DNA of 62,718 nucleotides from a bacterium. Its GTDB lineage: Bacteria > CG2-30-53-67 > CG2-30-70-394. How positions within the stretch are numbered: the stretch's first letter is position 1; every line of letters begins with the position of its first letter. The stretch spans positions 1-62,718 of the forward strand of contig DASWHD010000093.1 in assembly GCA_036393335.1 (NCBI GenBank), written 5' to 3'. The notes beneath the pieces were generated by a model that did no database searches, was not told the DNA's origin, and saw only the letters and a program-made list of their open reading frames with translations. Both the position numbers and the translations under genes were made by a program. Positions 29,470-37,808 of this stretch are shown in pieces.

Positions 29470-30111
29470 ATGATCAAGATCCTTATCGCGGACGACCACG
29501 CCCTGGTCAGGGAGGGCATCATCGCCCTGTTGAGTCCCCATAATCAGATTCAGATCGTCGGCACCGCCGCCAGCGGGCAGGAGGCAATCGAAAAGGCGGG
29601 CAAGCTCCACCCGGACATCATCCTGATGGACATCGCCATGCCCGGACTGGGGGGGCTCGAGGCGACGCTCGAGATCCGCAAGACACACCCAGAAATCAAG
29701 ATCCTGGTCCTCAGCCAGTACGACGACAAAGAGTACGTCAGTCGTCTGTTCAAGGCGGGGGTCTCAGGTTACATCCTGAAACATGCGGTAGGCACCGATC
29801 TAGTCTCCGCCATCCGCGCCGTATACCGCGGGGAGTGTTACCTCTATCCGGCGATCGCCGCGGGGGTCGTCGATGGCTACCTCGGCCGCAGCACGATCGA
29901 CGTCGACGACCCTTACGAGAGCCTGAGCGACCGCGAAAAACAGGTGCTCAAGCTGATCGCGGAGGGGTGCAGCCATAAGGAGATCGCGACATTGCTCGAT
30001 ATCAGCGCCAAAACCGTAATGGCGCACCAGACCAATCTCTCCGAGAAGCTGGGCCTCCGATCGCGTGCGGCGCTCATCCGATTCGCCATCCACAAGGGCA
30101 TCGTCAAATAG
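29470..30111 (+). CDS. NarL/FixJ-family response regulator (REC + LuxR-type HTH)
   Basis: MIKILIADDH...DIILMDIAMPG receiver motifs and a C-terminal LSDREKQVLKLIAEGCSHKEIA HTH. Start moved to ATG 29470. Confidence 0.9.
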   Translation: MIKILIADDHALVREGIIALLSPHNQIQIVGTAASGQEAIEKAGKLHPDIILMDIAMPGLGGLEATLEIRKTHPEIKILVLSQYDDKEYVSRLFKAGVSGYILKHAVGTDLVSAIRAVYRGECYLYPAIAAGVVDGYLGRSTIDVDDPYESLSDREKQVLKLIAEGCSHKEIATLLDISAKTVMAHQTNLSEKLGLRSRAALIRFAIHKGIVK

Positions 30112-30123
30112 ACGGTGCTCCTG

Positions 30124-30888
30124 TCAACCCTGCGGAAGGTGCGGCGGCTCGTCATCCACGGTGGCGTGACCGCTGTCGTGGTGGGCGCCGAGGAGCTCTG
30201 TGAGGGATTTCCCTTCGATCCGTGCGAGCTCGACGGGGTGCTCGTGGAGCATCCGCTTGCGGGAAATCTTGCCGGTGAAGATCACCGTGTCGATCGGGAA
30301 GACCTCGGGACTGAAGACGGCGTTGTAGATGTGCCAGACGACGATGACCAGCAACGCGAGGAGTGCCTCGTTGGTGTGAAGGGCCTTGGCGATCGGGATG
30401 ACCTCGCCGGGCAGGAAGCGGACGACGAGGGTCGGAAACCACAGGGACAGGCCGGTTCCCGCCATCAGCATGCTGCCGATCACCACCCCCCAGTACTCGA
30501 ACTTCTGCTTGTAGTCATAACGGTCGCACAGGGCCGCATGGTTGGTAAGACCAAGGTAGTACTCGAGGTTGTCAATGACGTCCGCGAAGTCCTTCTTGTG
30601 GATGATCATGGTCGGCTGCCACCGCCGGACCAGGACGCCGTATACGGCGGTCAAGACGTGCACCGAGGTCAAGATGATGAGGGCGAAACCGGTGATACGG
30701 TGGATGATCCGAACGGAGTCGATTCCTCCGAGAATCTCGATCAGCCACTGGGATGTCGCGGCGTCATGGAACTTCTGCGATAGGCCGGTCACGACCAACA
30801 CCACGAACACCGTGGCGTTCAACCAATGCTCGGTGATGCGCAGCGGCCCGAGCCGCCGGAGATAGGTGGTGTTGTTTGTCCGGTTCAC
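30124..30888 (-). CDS. Dihaem b-type cytochrome, FdnI/HydC/PhsC family membrane subunit
   Basis: Four or more TM helices with conserved His positions (ITEHWLNA, IHRITGF, HTNEALLAL, WHIYNAVF). Immediately downstream of a 13-haem cytochrome gene. Confidence 0.78.
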   Translation of the reverse strand: MNRTNNTTYLRRLGPLRITEHWLNATVFVVLVVTGLSQKFHDAATSQWLIEILGGIDSVRIIHRITGFALIILTSVHVLTAVYGVLVRRWQPTMIIHKKDFADVIDNLEYYLGLTNHAALCDRYDYKQKFEYWGVVIGSMLMAGTGLSLWFPTLVVRFLPGEVIPIAKALHTNEALLALLVIVVWHIYNAVFSPEVFPIDTVIFTGKISRKRMLHEHPVELARIEGKSLTELLGAHHDSGHATVDDEPPHLPQG

Positions 30889-30901
30889 GGTTCCTCCCCG
30901 G

Positions 30902-32281
30902 TCATCTGTTGATGGCGTACCGCCAGATGTGGAGCAGAATCTGAAGCCCCAGCCCGATGACCATGAACGGAATGAAGATCTTGTAGGCCAGGTTTACCAG
31001 GAACACGCCCGGTGCCTTGTCGAAGCTCGCCTCGTAGTGAGAGACCCAGCTATCGGGGAAGTTGGCCGTGGCATCGGGATGGCATTTCTGGCAACGCTTG
31101 ACAAGGTTCGCCTTGACTGCCGGTGATCCGGGAGCGGTGATCTTTGCGATGTCGTGGATGCCGTGGCAGTCGGTGCAGGTCGCGATCGGACGCAGGTCCC
31201 CCTCTTTCTTGTAGAAGCGGAGGGTGACGCCGTGGAAGTCCTGGACATAGCTCTCCACCACTTGTGTGGAGAGGCCGTACTTTCCGGCGATGCGGCTATT
31301 GGAGTGACAGTTCCCGCAGATCTCCGGGATCGTGAGGTGGAACTCGGCGGTTGTCGGGTCCGGGATGTCGTGAGCGCGATGGCAGTCGGAACACACCGGC
31401 ACATCCTCGTTGTGCTCCGAGAGCATTGCGGCGCCATGGACACTCTCTTTGTACACCACGTAGATGTCCTCATGGCATTGCGCGCAACGCCGGGCGTTCA
31501 CCACCTTCTCCAGGCGTCCCGTCGCGATGGCATGGGCACCGTGGCAATCCACGCACACGGGGGCATCCTGGCGCCCCGAAGAGAGCAGCTCGTAATGGAT
31601 ACTCTCTAGAGTGCGGGTGTATTTGTCGAAGTGGCATCGCCGGCACGTCTCCGCTGACGCCAACGTATGGTCCCGCGGCGAGCGAAAGCTCCGCTCCGGG
31701 TGTTCCTTGGCGGTGAAGCCGAAGTGACAATCGCGACAGCTCAGACGTTGATGGACGGAGTTGGCGAGATCCGCGGGGTTCATCTGCAGGGAGATCCGGC
31801 TGCCATCCCGCGTCGCCAGGTGCAGGGGTTGGCCGTGGCAACCGATACAGTAGAGCGTGTCGTGGAATGCGACGGCGACCGGTTGCACGGCGTGCGCGGT
31901 GTGGCAGTCAGTGCACACCACACGCCTACCCTCCTGTTCCAACAGGGTCCGGTGGATGCCCTGGAATTCGGAGTGGCAGCTTTCGCAAACCCGTGACCAG
32001 AACTGCGAGTGCGCGCTCCGGTCGGGGAACACCTGCGTGGGATGGTCGTCCCCGGTGAAGGACGTATGGCAATCCTGACAGTCCAGGGTGGCGTGGACCG
32101 ACCCTTCAAGCTGGTGGCGATCGACAAAGAGGGAGAGTGTCGCGCCGTTCGCGAACGCGGTGCTCAGGTCGTCGCTGCCATGGCAATCGAGGCACTGATC
32201 CGCCGCGGATGCATATCCGCCGCTGACCAACGCCCAGAGGCTGAGACTCAGTGCCGTGAGGATGATCTTGGGATGCTTCAC
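30902..32281 (-). CDS. 13-haem c-type cytochrome with a C-terminal membrane helix
   Basis: 13 CXXCH motifs. Signal peptide after GTG 32281, which is preceded by GGGAGGG. C-terminal helix FIPFMVIGLGLQILLHIW. The longer ORF to 32368 starts inside MITE copy D. Confidence 0.85.
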   Translation of the reverse strand: MKHPKIILTALSLSLWALVSGGYASAADQCLDCHGSDDLSTAFANGATLSLFVDRHQLEGSVHATLDCQDCHTSFTGDDHPTQVFPDRSAHSQFWSRVCESCHSEFQGIHRTLLEQEGRRVVCTDCHTAHAVQPVAVAFHDTLYCIGCHGQPLHLATRDGSRISLQMNPADLANSVHQRLSCRDCHFGFTAKEHPERSFRSPRDHTLASAETCRRCHFDKYTRTLESIHYELLSSGRQDAPVCVDCHGAHAIATGRLEKVVNARRCAQCHEDIYVVYKESVHGAAMLSEHNEDVPVCSDCHRAHDIPDPTTAEFHLTIPEICGNCHSNSRIAGKYGLSTQVVESYVQDFHGVTLRFYKKEGDLRPIATCTDCHGIHDIAKITAPGSPAVKANLVKRCQKCHPDATANFPDSWVSHYEASFDKAPGVFLVNLAYKIFIPFMVIGLGLQILLHIWRYAINR

Positions 32282-32357
32282 GGAGCTCCCTCCCTGTCGT
32301 TTCCGGCCGCGAGGAGGCTCGCGCACCGCGGCTTCGGGTCTGACACCGCGGTGCGCC

Positions 32358-32619
32358 TTAGCCCGCATTTCTCCCCCGGGATCGTCGCGAGCCCGCGCCC
32401 GGGCATGGGGCCAGGTGAAGCTGGCCGCCCATGGCCTGGCCGTAGATTCTGGCCGGCACTTGGTAGGAGCCGAATCCCTTCGGCGACCCGGCCCGCAGGG
32501 CCTGCCGCGCGGATGGTGCGGGTCGCCGCTGCCACCGGCTCCTACCCTCGACGAGGTGGGCCAGGAGATGCGGGCAGTTGCGCGGGCGCGGCAGAGTCAT
32601 GGTGAGAAATGCGAGCTAG
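32358..32619. mobile_element. MITE-like palindromic repeat, copy D (262 bp, inverted orientation)
   Basis: TTAG-CCCGCATTTCTC ... TGGTGAGAAATGCGAG-CTAG with an enlarged central GTAGGAGCCG/CGGCTCCTAC hairpin. Confidence 0.85.
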
Positions 32620-32644
32620 CTCCCGCTGTCTGGCGCGGTCGCCG

Positions 32645-32986
32645 TCAATTCCGTTTCCCCGTGGGCTTCTTGCCGGTGAGATAGGCCATGCTCGGGTGCC
32701 ATCGGAAGCCGGCCTCCCTGGCGAGATGTGCGCCCAGGGCGGTCAGCAGCTTAGAGGTGATCGTATGGGCGATCATGGCGAACCCGATGAAGGGAAGGAA
32801 GAGGACAAAAGCCAGGCCGAGGATCGGTCCCAGGAGGAGGAGGGCGGCAGGATGGACCTTAAGATAGGTCATCCGCTCGCCGGGGAGTATTTCGGTCGCT
32901 GCGTCGCAGTGGACCAACTCGCCGGTGGCGACGTTCCAATAGGCCCCTCGGGTTACGGCTTCGCCATTCTGGTAGATGAGCTTCAT
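32645..32986 (-). CDS. Small membrane protein, paralogue 1 (113 aa), unknown family
   Basis: ATG 32986 is preceded by GAGGGAGAA. Shares G.YW, LPG, YL.VHP, a central TM stretch and W.P..AYL.GK with the adjacent ORF. Confidence 0.6.
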   Translation of the reverse strand: MKLIYQNGEAVTRGAYWNVATGELVHCDAATEILPGERMTYLKVHPAALLLLGPILGLAFVLFLPFIGFAMIAHTITSKLLTALGAHLAREAGFRWHPSMAYLTGKKPTGKRN

Positions 32987-33045
32987 GATGGTTCTCCCTC
33001 TGTCGTGGTACGACACGGTGCTGGAAATGCGCGGAACCCGCGCGG

Positions 33046-33408
33046 TCAGTGTGATTCCTTGGGATTGGTGCCTTGCCCCTTGTCCTTCCGGCCTTTGCCG
33101 GCCAGGTACGCCTCATTGGGCCGCCACTCGAAGTAGGCGAGGGCGCCGAGCGAGTGGGCCAGCTCCCGCGCAATCCGCGTGAGGACGGCGGCGGCGGCAA
33201 AGACGATGGCGATCAGCGGCAAGGTCAGGAAATAGGCCAGGCCGATTGCCGGCGCGAGGAGGAACATCGCAACCGGGTGGACCCGTAGATACACCGTATC
33301 GTGAGCCCCGGGGAGGAGGTGCTCCCGACCGCCGTCGACCCACGACCCGTTTGCCGGAGCCCAGTAATGGCCCTTAGCGACGTGATTCCCACCTCTGAAG
33401 AACAACAT
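33046..33408 (-). CDS. Small membrane protein, paralogue 2 (120 aa), unknown family
   Basis: ATG 33408 is preceded by AAGGAGA. Collinear similarity to 32645..32986, roughly one third identical by eye. Confidence 0.6.
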   Translation of the reverse strand: MLFFRGGNHVAKGHYWAPANGSWVDGGREHLLPGAHDTVYLRVHPVAMFLLAPAIGLAYFLTLPLIAIVFAAAAVLTRIARELAHSLGALAYFEWRPNEAYLAGKGRKDKGQGTNPKESH

Positions 33409-33775
33409 GTCCGCTCTCCTTTTCATGGGGTACCCATTGCACCCCTGCTCTTACGGTTAAGTATCGCGGGGATCGCAAGGGCGACAATTGGGAGAAAGTC
33501 GTAATTGTGAGGGAAAAATGCCGTAAAGATGTCGGGTACACGGACGAACGCCGTGGGGGACGCCGGGCCATTCCCTGCGGATGGGTGCGCGGCCTGCCGG
33601 CGTTGGCCGGACAACGTTTCCGGCGCTACTCCACCGGGGGAACCGAACCTCCCGCAGCGCACCAGGCCGCGGCTTTTGCCCGGGTCTCCCGCCCCAGACG
33701 TAGTTGTTTCACCGCGCGTCGCGGCCGGCGGATCTCGTCACGCTCCACGCTCGGACGGCAACGTCCGACGGACTG

Positions 33776-34651
33776 CTAATCCCGGAATCGCCGGACGAGA
33801 TCGGTATAGGCGTCGATGCGGCGGTCGCGGAGGAAGGGCCAGAGGCGCCGCACCTCCTCGCCGCGCCGGCGATCGACGTCGACCACCAAGATCTGCGCGG
33901 TGTCCGGACCAGCCAGGCCGAGGACCTCGCCCTGGGGACCGGCGACGAAGCTCGACCCCCAGAAGTGGATGCCGCCGGTGGTACCCGAGGGATCGCCCTC
34001 GTGGCCGGTGCGGTTGCACGCCACGACCGGGACGCCGTTGGCCACGGCGTGGGCGCGCTGGACGGTGAGCCATGCCTCGCGCTGGCGCGCCTGCTCGGCT
34101 GGGTCGTCCGCTTCGCACCAGCCGATGGCGGTGGGATAGAGCAACAGCTCGGCGCCGGCGAGGGCCATGAGGCGCGCGGCCTCCGGGTACCATTGGTCCC
34201 AGCACACCAGCACGCCGAGCCGTCCCACCGCCGTGTTGATCGGCTGGAAGCCGAGGTCGCCAGGGGTGAAATAAAATTTTTCGTAGTACCCCGGATCGTC
34301 GGGAATGTGCATCTTGCGGTAGCGCCCGGCGATCGAGCCGTCCGCGTCGAGGACCACGGCGGTGTTGTGGTAGAGGCCCGCGGCGCGGCGCTCGAAGATC
34401 GACGCGACCACCACGACGCCCAGCTCCCCGGCCAGCGCACCAATCTGCTCGCTGGTAGGGCCGGGGATCGGCTCGGCGAGATCGAATGCGCCGGGATCCT
34501 CCCTCTGGCAGAAGTACAGACCCGCGTGCAGCTCGGGAAGACAGACGAGGTCGGCGCCGCGGGCCACGGCGGTGCGGATCCCGTCGAGGCTCGCGGCGAC
34601 GTTACGATCACGGTCCGCTGTGCAGCCTTGCTGCACGAGCCCAACCTTCAT
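33776..34651 (-). CDS. aguB: N-carbamoylputrescine amidase (carbon-nitrogen hydrolase family)
   Basis: Nitrilase-superfamily layout (LPELH, WDQWYPE, catalytic-Cys region). Directly downstream of agmatine deiminase. Confidence 0.88.
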   Translation of the reverse strand: MKVGLVQQGCTADRDRNVAASLDGIRTAVARGADLVCLPELHAGLYFCQREDPGAFDLAEPIPGPTSEQIGALAGELGVVVVASIFERRAAGLYHNTAVVLDADGSIAGRYRKMHIPDDPGYYEKFYFTPGDLGFQPINTAVGRLGVLVCWDQWYPEAARLMALAGAELLLYPTAIGWCEADDPAEQARQREAWLTVQRAHAVANGVPVVACNRTGHEGDPSGTTGGIHFWGSSFVAGPQGEVLGLAGPDTAQILVVDVDRRRGEEVRRLWPFLRDRRIDAYTDLVRRFRD

Positions 34652-34676
34652 GTGCCGACCTCGTGCTGACGTACGC

Positions 34677-35738
34677 TCAATGCCCGTGCTCCGGCGCCGT
34701 CACGGCGCCGGCGGGGAGCTGCATGGTGACACAGTGGAGACTGCCGAAACCACGGATCAGGGGCCGACAGTCGATGGAGACGACCTCGCGGCCGGGAAAG
34801 CAGCGGCCAAGCACCCGCCGCGCCTCCGCGTCCGCGGGGTCACCATACGCCGGCACCAGGACCGCGCCATTGACGATCAGGAAGTTCGCATAGGTCGCGG
34901 GCAGGCGCCGGCCCGTCACCGGGTCGTAGGCGGGTCGCGGCCACGGCAGGGCGACGAGCCGATAGGGGTGGCCATCGACGTCGCGCAGTTCCGCCAGCTC
35001 CGCGCCCATCGTGCGCAGGACCGCGAAGTGAGAATCGCCCCGATCGTCGCACGCCTGGTAGAGGATGGTGTGGCCATCGCAGAACCGCGCCAGGGTGTCC
35101 ACGTGGCCGTCGGTATCGTCGCCTTCCAGGGCGCCGTGCTCCAGCCATAGCACCCGCTCGACCCCCAGGTGGGTGCGCAGGGCGACCTCCATCGCGGCCC
35201 GGTCGTGGCCCGGATTGCGCGTCGGCGCGAGCAGACAGCTCGCCGTCGTGAGCAGCGCGCCGCGGCCGTCCACGTCGAGGCTCCCGCCCTCGAGGACCAG
35301 GTCGATGGACTCGAGGGGGACGCCGGCGAAGGCGCCGCCCGCGTGAATGGTGCGAGTGATCCGGTCGTCGAGGTCGGCGGGGTACTTGCCACCCCAGCCG
35401 TTGAAGCGGAAGTCGAGGAGCCGCAGCGTGCCGCTGCGCCGCACGGCGATCGGCCCGTGATCCCGCGCCCACGTGTCGTTGGACGGTGCGACTGCGCACG
35501 CCAGGCGACCGGGGTCGCCGCCCGCCGCGACGACCCGCCCGCGCACGTGCTCGACGTGCGCCGCGTCGCGGCACACGGCCAGGAGGGTCTCGCGCCGCGT
35601 TACCTCGGCGGCGATGTGGGCGAAGCAGGCGTCGACCTGCGGGAGGTCATCGCGCCAGTCCGTCTGGTCGTGCGGCCAGGTGACCATCACGCCTTCCTGG
35701 GGCGCCCACTCGGGGATCATGCCATCGCGTTCGCTCAC
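34677..35738 (-). CDS. aguA: Agmatine deiminase
   Basis: PAD_porph-type signatures (WPH...DW, DTWARD, GSLHCVTMQ catalytic-Cys motif). Confidence 0.9.
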   Translation of the reverse strand: MSERDGMIPEWAPQEGVMVTWPHDQTDWRDDLPQVDACFAHIAAEVTRRETLLAVCRDAAHVEHVRGRVVAAGGDPGRLACAVAPSNDTWARDHGPIAVRRSGTLRLLDFRFNGWGGKYPADLDDRITRTIHAGGAFAGVPLESIDLVLEGGSLDVDGRGALLTTASCLLAPTRNPGHDRAAMEVALRTHLGVERVLWLEHGALEGDDTDGHVDTLARFCDGHTILYQACDDRGDSHFAVLRTMGAELAELRDVDGHPYRLVALPWPRPAYDPVTGRRLPATYANFLIVNGAVLVPAYGDPADAEARRVLGRCFPGREVVSIDCRPLIRGFGSLHCVTMQLPAGAVTAPEHGH

Positions 35739-35840
35739 CAGATTCCCGTCGTAGAAAAACGGGCGGTAGGCTGGCGCGGTCGTTCCCGTCGCGCAAGGCC
35801 GCGGCCCCGTCGATAATCCTAGGCTGACGGAAAGTAGATC

Positions 35841-35914
35841 AACGCGGGAAGCCAGGAAGCCAGAAGAACAACTCCTCTGACATCTCTCTTCTTGGCTTCC
35901 TGGCTTCCCGCGTT
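35841..35914. repeat. Long near-perfect hairpin (AACGCGGGAAGCCAGGAAGCCA... stem)
   Basis: A stem of about 23 bp read directly. A related hairpin with the same ACGCGGGAAGCC start is at 45742..45813. Confidence 0.85.
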
Positions 35915-35975
35915 CTACAAACTACAAAAGGAGGTGTCCCATGTTGGATCACAAAACTACAAAAGGAGGTGTCCC

Positions 35976-36083
35976 ATGTTGGATCACATCGGTCTCACAG
36001 TCCGCGACGGGGCGTTCGTCTTCGATCCGGACGGCAACAACATCGAAGCCGTGTGTCACGCGGCGGAGGGAGCGGATCATTGA
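35976..36083 (+). pseudogene. Remnant of a VOC/glyoxalase-family gene (35 codons)
   Basis: MLDHIGLTV.D (N-terminal VOC motif) is fused directly to FVFDPDGNNIEA (C-terminal VOC motif). It is preceded by a 34/35-bp tandem duplication of the RBS plus ATG. Confidence 0.45.
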
Positions 36084-36103
36084 CTTCTGAGAACGGATGA
36101 CCC

Positions 36104-36991
36104 TTACGACAACAGCGTCAGCGGCGAGGCGGTGAGGGTGCGGCTGAGGAAGACGGCGCCCCAGCCCTTTTCCTCCAGTAGGGTCTCCTCCGCCTGCTGG
36201 GCGATCTGTGCGCTGGCAAAGAGGCCAAAGACCGCCGAGCCGCTCCCCGACATCAGGGCGCCCACCGCTCCCAGGGCGAGGAGTCGCTCTTTCACCTCGC
36301 GGATGCGGGGGTGGACGGGCAGTGCCACCGATTCGAGGTCGTTGTCCAGGTGGGCGCCGATCGCCGCCACGTCGCGTTCGTGCAGGGCGTGCAGCAGCTC
36401 CTTGTTGTAGGTGCACGACGAGCCCGGCTGATCCGGGAAGTTCTCGTATGCCCAGTGGGTGGAAATCGCGATCTCGGGGAAGACCACCACCAGGGGGATC
36501 GGCTCCAGCGCGGGCAGGGGGGTGAGATCGTCGCCGGTGCCTTCGCCGCGGCACAGAGGGGCGGTGAAAAAGAACGGCACGTCGGCACCCAGGGCGCGAC
36601 CGTGCTCGATCAACTCGGCGTCGGACACCGGCAGGGCGAAATAGTGGCGCAGCCCGGCCAGGGCTGCGGCCGAGTCGCTGGAGCCGCCGCCAAGCCCGGC
36701 CGCGATCGGGATGTGCTTCTCCAGGTGGATGCGCAGGCCGACCTGGTCGCCGATCACGGGCCGCAGGCGCACGAACGCCTTCACCACCAGGTTGTCGATG
36801 CCGGTGGGGAGGGTGGCGTCGCTGCACGTAAAGAGGAGGCCGGGGCTGCGCGCCGGCTCGAAGCGCAGGGTGTCACACAGGTCGATCATCGCCAGCACCG
36901 TGCGTAGGCGATGCAGGCCGTCCCGGCGGCGACTGTGGACGCGCAGCGACAGGTTGATCTTCGCAGGGGCCTGGACGGTGAGGGTCTTCAT
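36104..36991 (-). CDS. ispE: 4-diphosphocytidyl-2-C-methyl-D-erythritol kinase
   Basis: GHMP-kinase signatures (APAKINLSL, PIAAGLGGGSSDAAA). Confidence 0.92.
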   Translation of the reverse strand: MKTLTVQAPAKINLSLRVHSRRRDGLHRLRTVLAMIDLCDTLRFEPARSPGLLFTCSDATLPTGIDNLVVKAFVRLRPVIGDQVGLRIHLEKHIPIAAGLGGGSSDSAAALAGLRHYFALPVSDAELIEHGRALGADVPFFFTAPLCRGEGTGDDLTPLPALEPIPLVVVFPEIAISTHWAYENFPDQPGSSCTYNKELLHALHERDVAAIGAHLDNDLESVALPVHPRIREVKERLLALGAVGALMSGSGSAVFGLFASAQIAQQAEETLLEEKGWGAVFLSRTLTASPLTLLS

Positions 36992-37791
36992 GGACGCTCC
37001 ATGGAGGGGCCGGTGGCCGGGGCGGTCTCTGGCTGCCGGAGGCGAAAGAGGTCGGGCGGAAACTCACGATCGAAGCGGAACTGCTGCCAGCGCACGGAGA
37101 GGCTACGCCCCTCTCCCAGGTCTACATCGAGGTCGCGGGGGTGTAGCCCGTTTCCCCGGTCCGCGTCCAGGTAAGAGATCCGCAACGGTGGCAGGCGTGC
37201 GCCCGCCACCTGCTGGCGCTGCGGGTCCCATTGCCATTCGGGCGTGCCATGGCCACAGCGTAACAAAACCATCGGTTTGCCGGTGTTCTTCGACGATGAA
37301 GCGCACTCGGGAGCGGCGCACGGCAGGGCCAGGAGCAAACGCGGCAGGTGCGGCCAGGTAGCTGCAGGGAGGGGCAGGGCGGCGAGCACCGGGACGCCGT
37401 TCAACCAGCCGTCGCGCACCGTCCAGAAGGCAAGCGCATCGCCGCTCACCAGGGCGAGGAGCTGAGTCTGGCCGAGGTCGTCGCTCACCTCGATGCGCAG
37501 TCGATTCGGCGGCACGGTGGCGATGGTGGCGATTGCCCGATCTCGCAACAGACCATCACGCGCGGTGATCTGCACGATCCCCGCCAGCCGCCGCCCCTCC
37601 CAGATGGCAGACAGGCGCGCCGCCTCGGCCTGGGCTGCCGCACAGTCTGCGGGGCTCACCAGGGCCGGGCGGTGGGCGCAGGCCAGAGCGAGGCCGGCCG
37701 GCAACACGAGCCGCAGGACGACGGCAGAGAGGCTACGCCATTTTTCAGGCCCACCCGTCACCCCCACACCATCTGTGCTGCGACCACGCAT
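36988..37791 (-). CDS. Outer-membrane lipoprotein, LolB/DUF4292-like (by position and lipobox)
   Basis: Lipobox LALAC. Sits between a TPR lipoprotein gene and ispE, as lolB does in many proteobacteria. Start set at ATG 37791, outside MITE copy E. Sequence similarity was not verified. Confidence 0.5.
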   Translation of the reverse strand: MRGRSTDGVGVTGGPEKWRSLSAVVLRLVLPAGLALACAHRPALVSPADCAAAQAEAARLSAIWEGRRLAGIVQITARDGLLRDRAIATIATVPPNRLRIEVSDDLGQTQLLALVSGDALAFWTVRDGWLNGVPVLAALPLPAATWPHLPRLLLALPCAAPECASSSKNTGKPMVLLRCGHGTPEWQWDPQRQQVAGARLPPLRISYLDADRGNGLHPRDLDVDLGEGRSLSVRWQQFRFDREFPPDLFRLRQPETAPATGPSMERP

Positions 37792-37808
37792 CTGCCTCCA
37801 CCTTGCCG

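Noticed and set aside
30902-32368. Full 488-aa version of the 13-haem cytochrome starting at ATG 32368.
   Set aside because: That ATG lies inside MITE copy D and would add 29 basic residues ahead of a normal signal peptide. GTG 32281, with a GGGAGGG RBS, is the more plausible start. The alternative is kept as a hypothesis in the findings.
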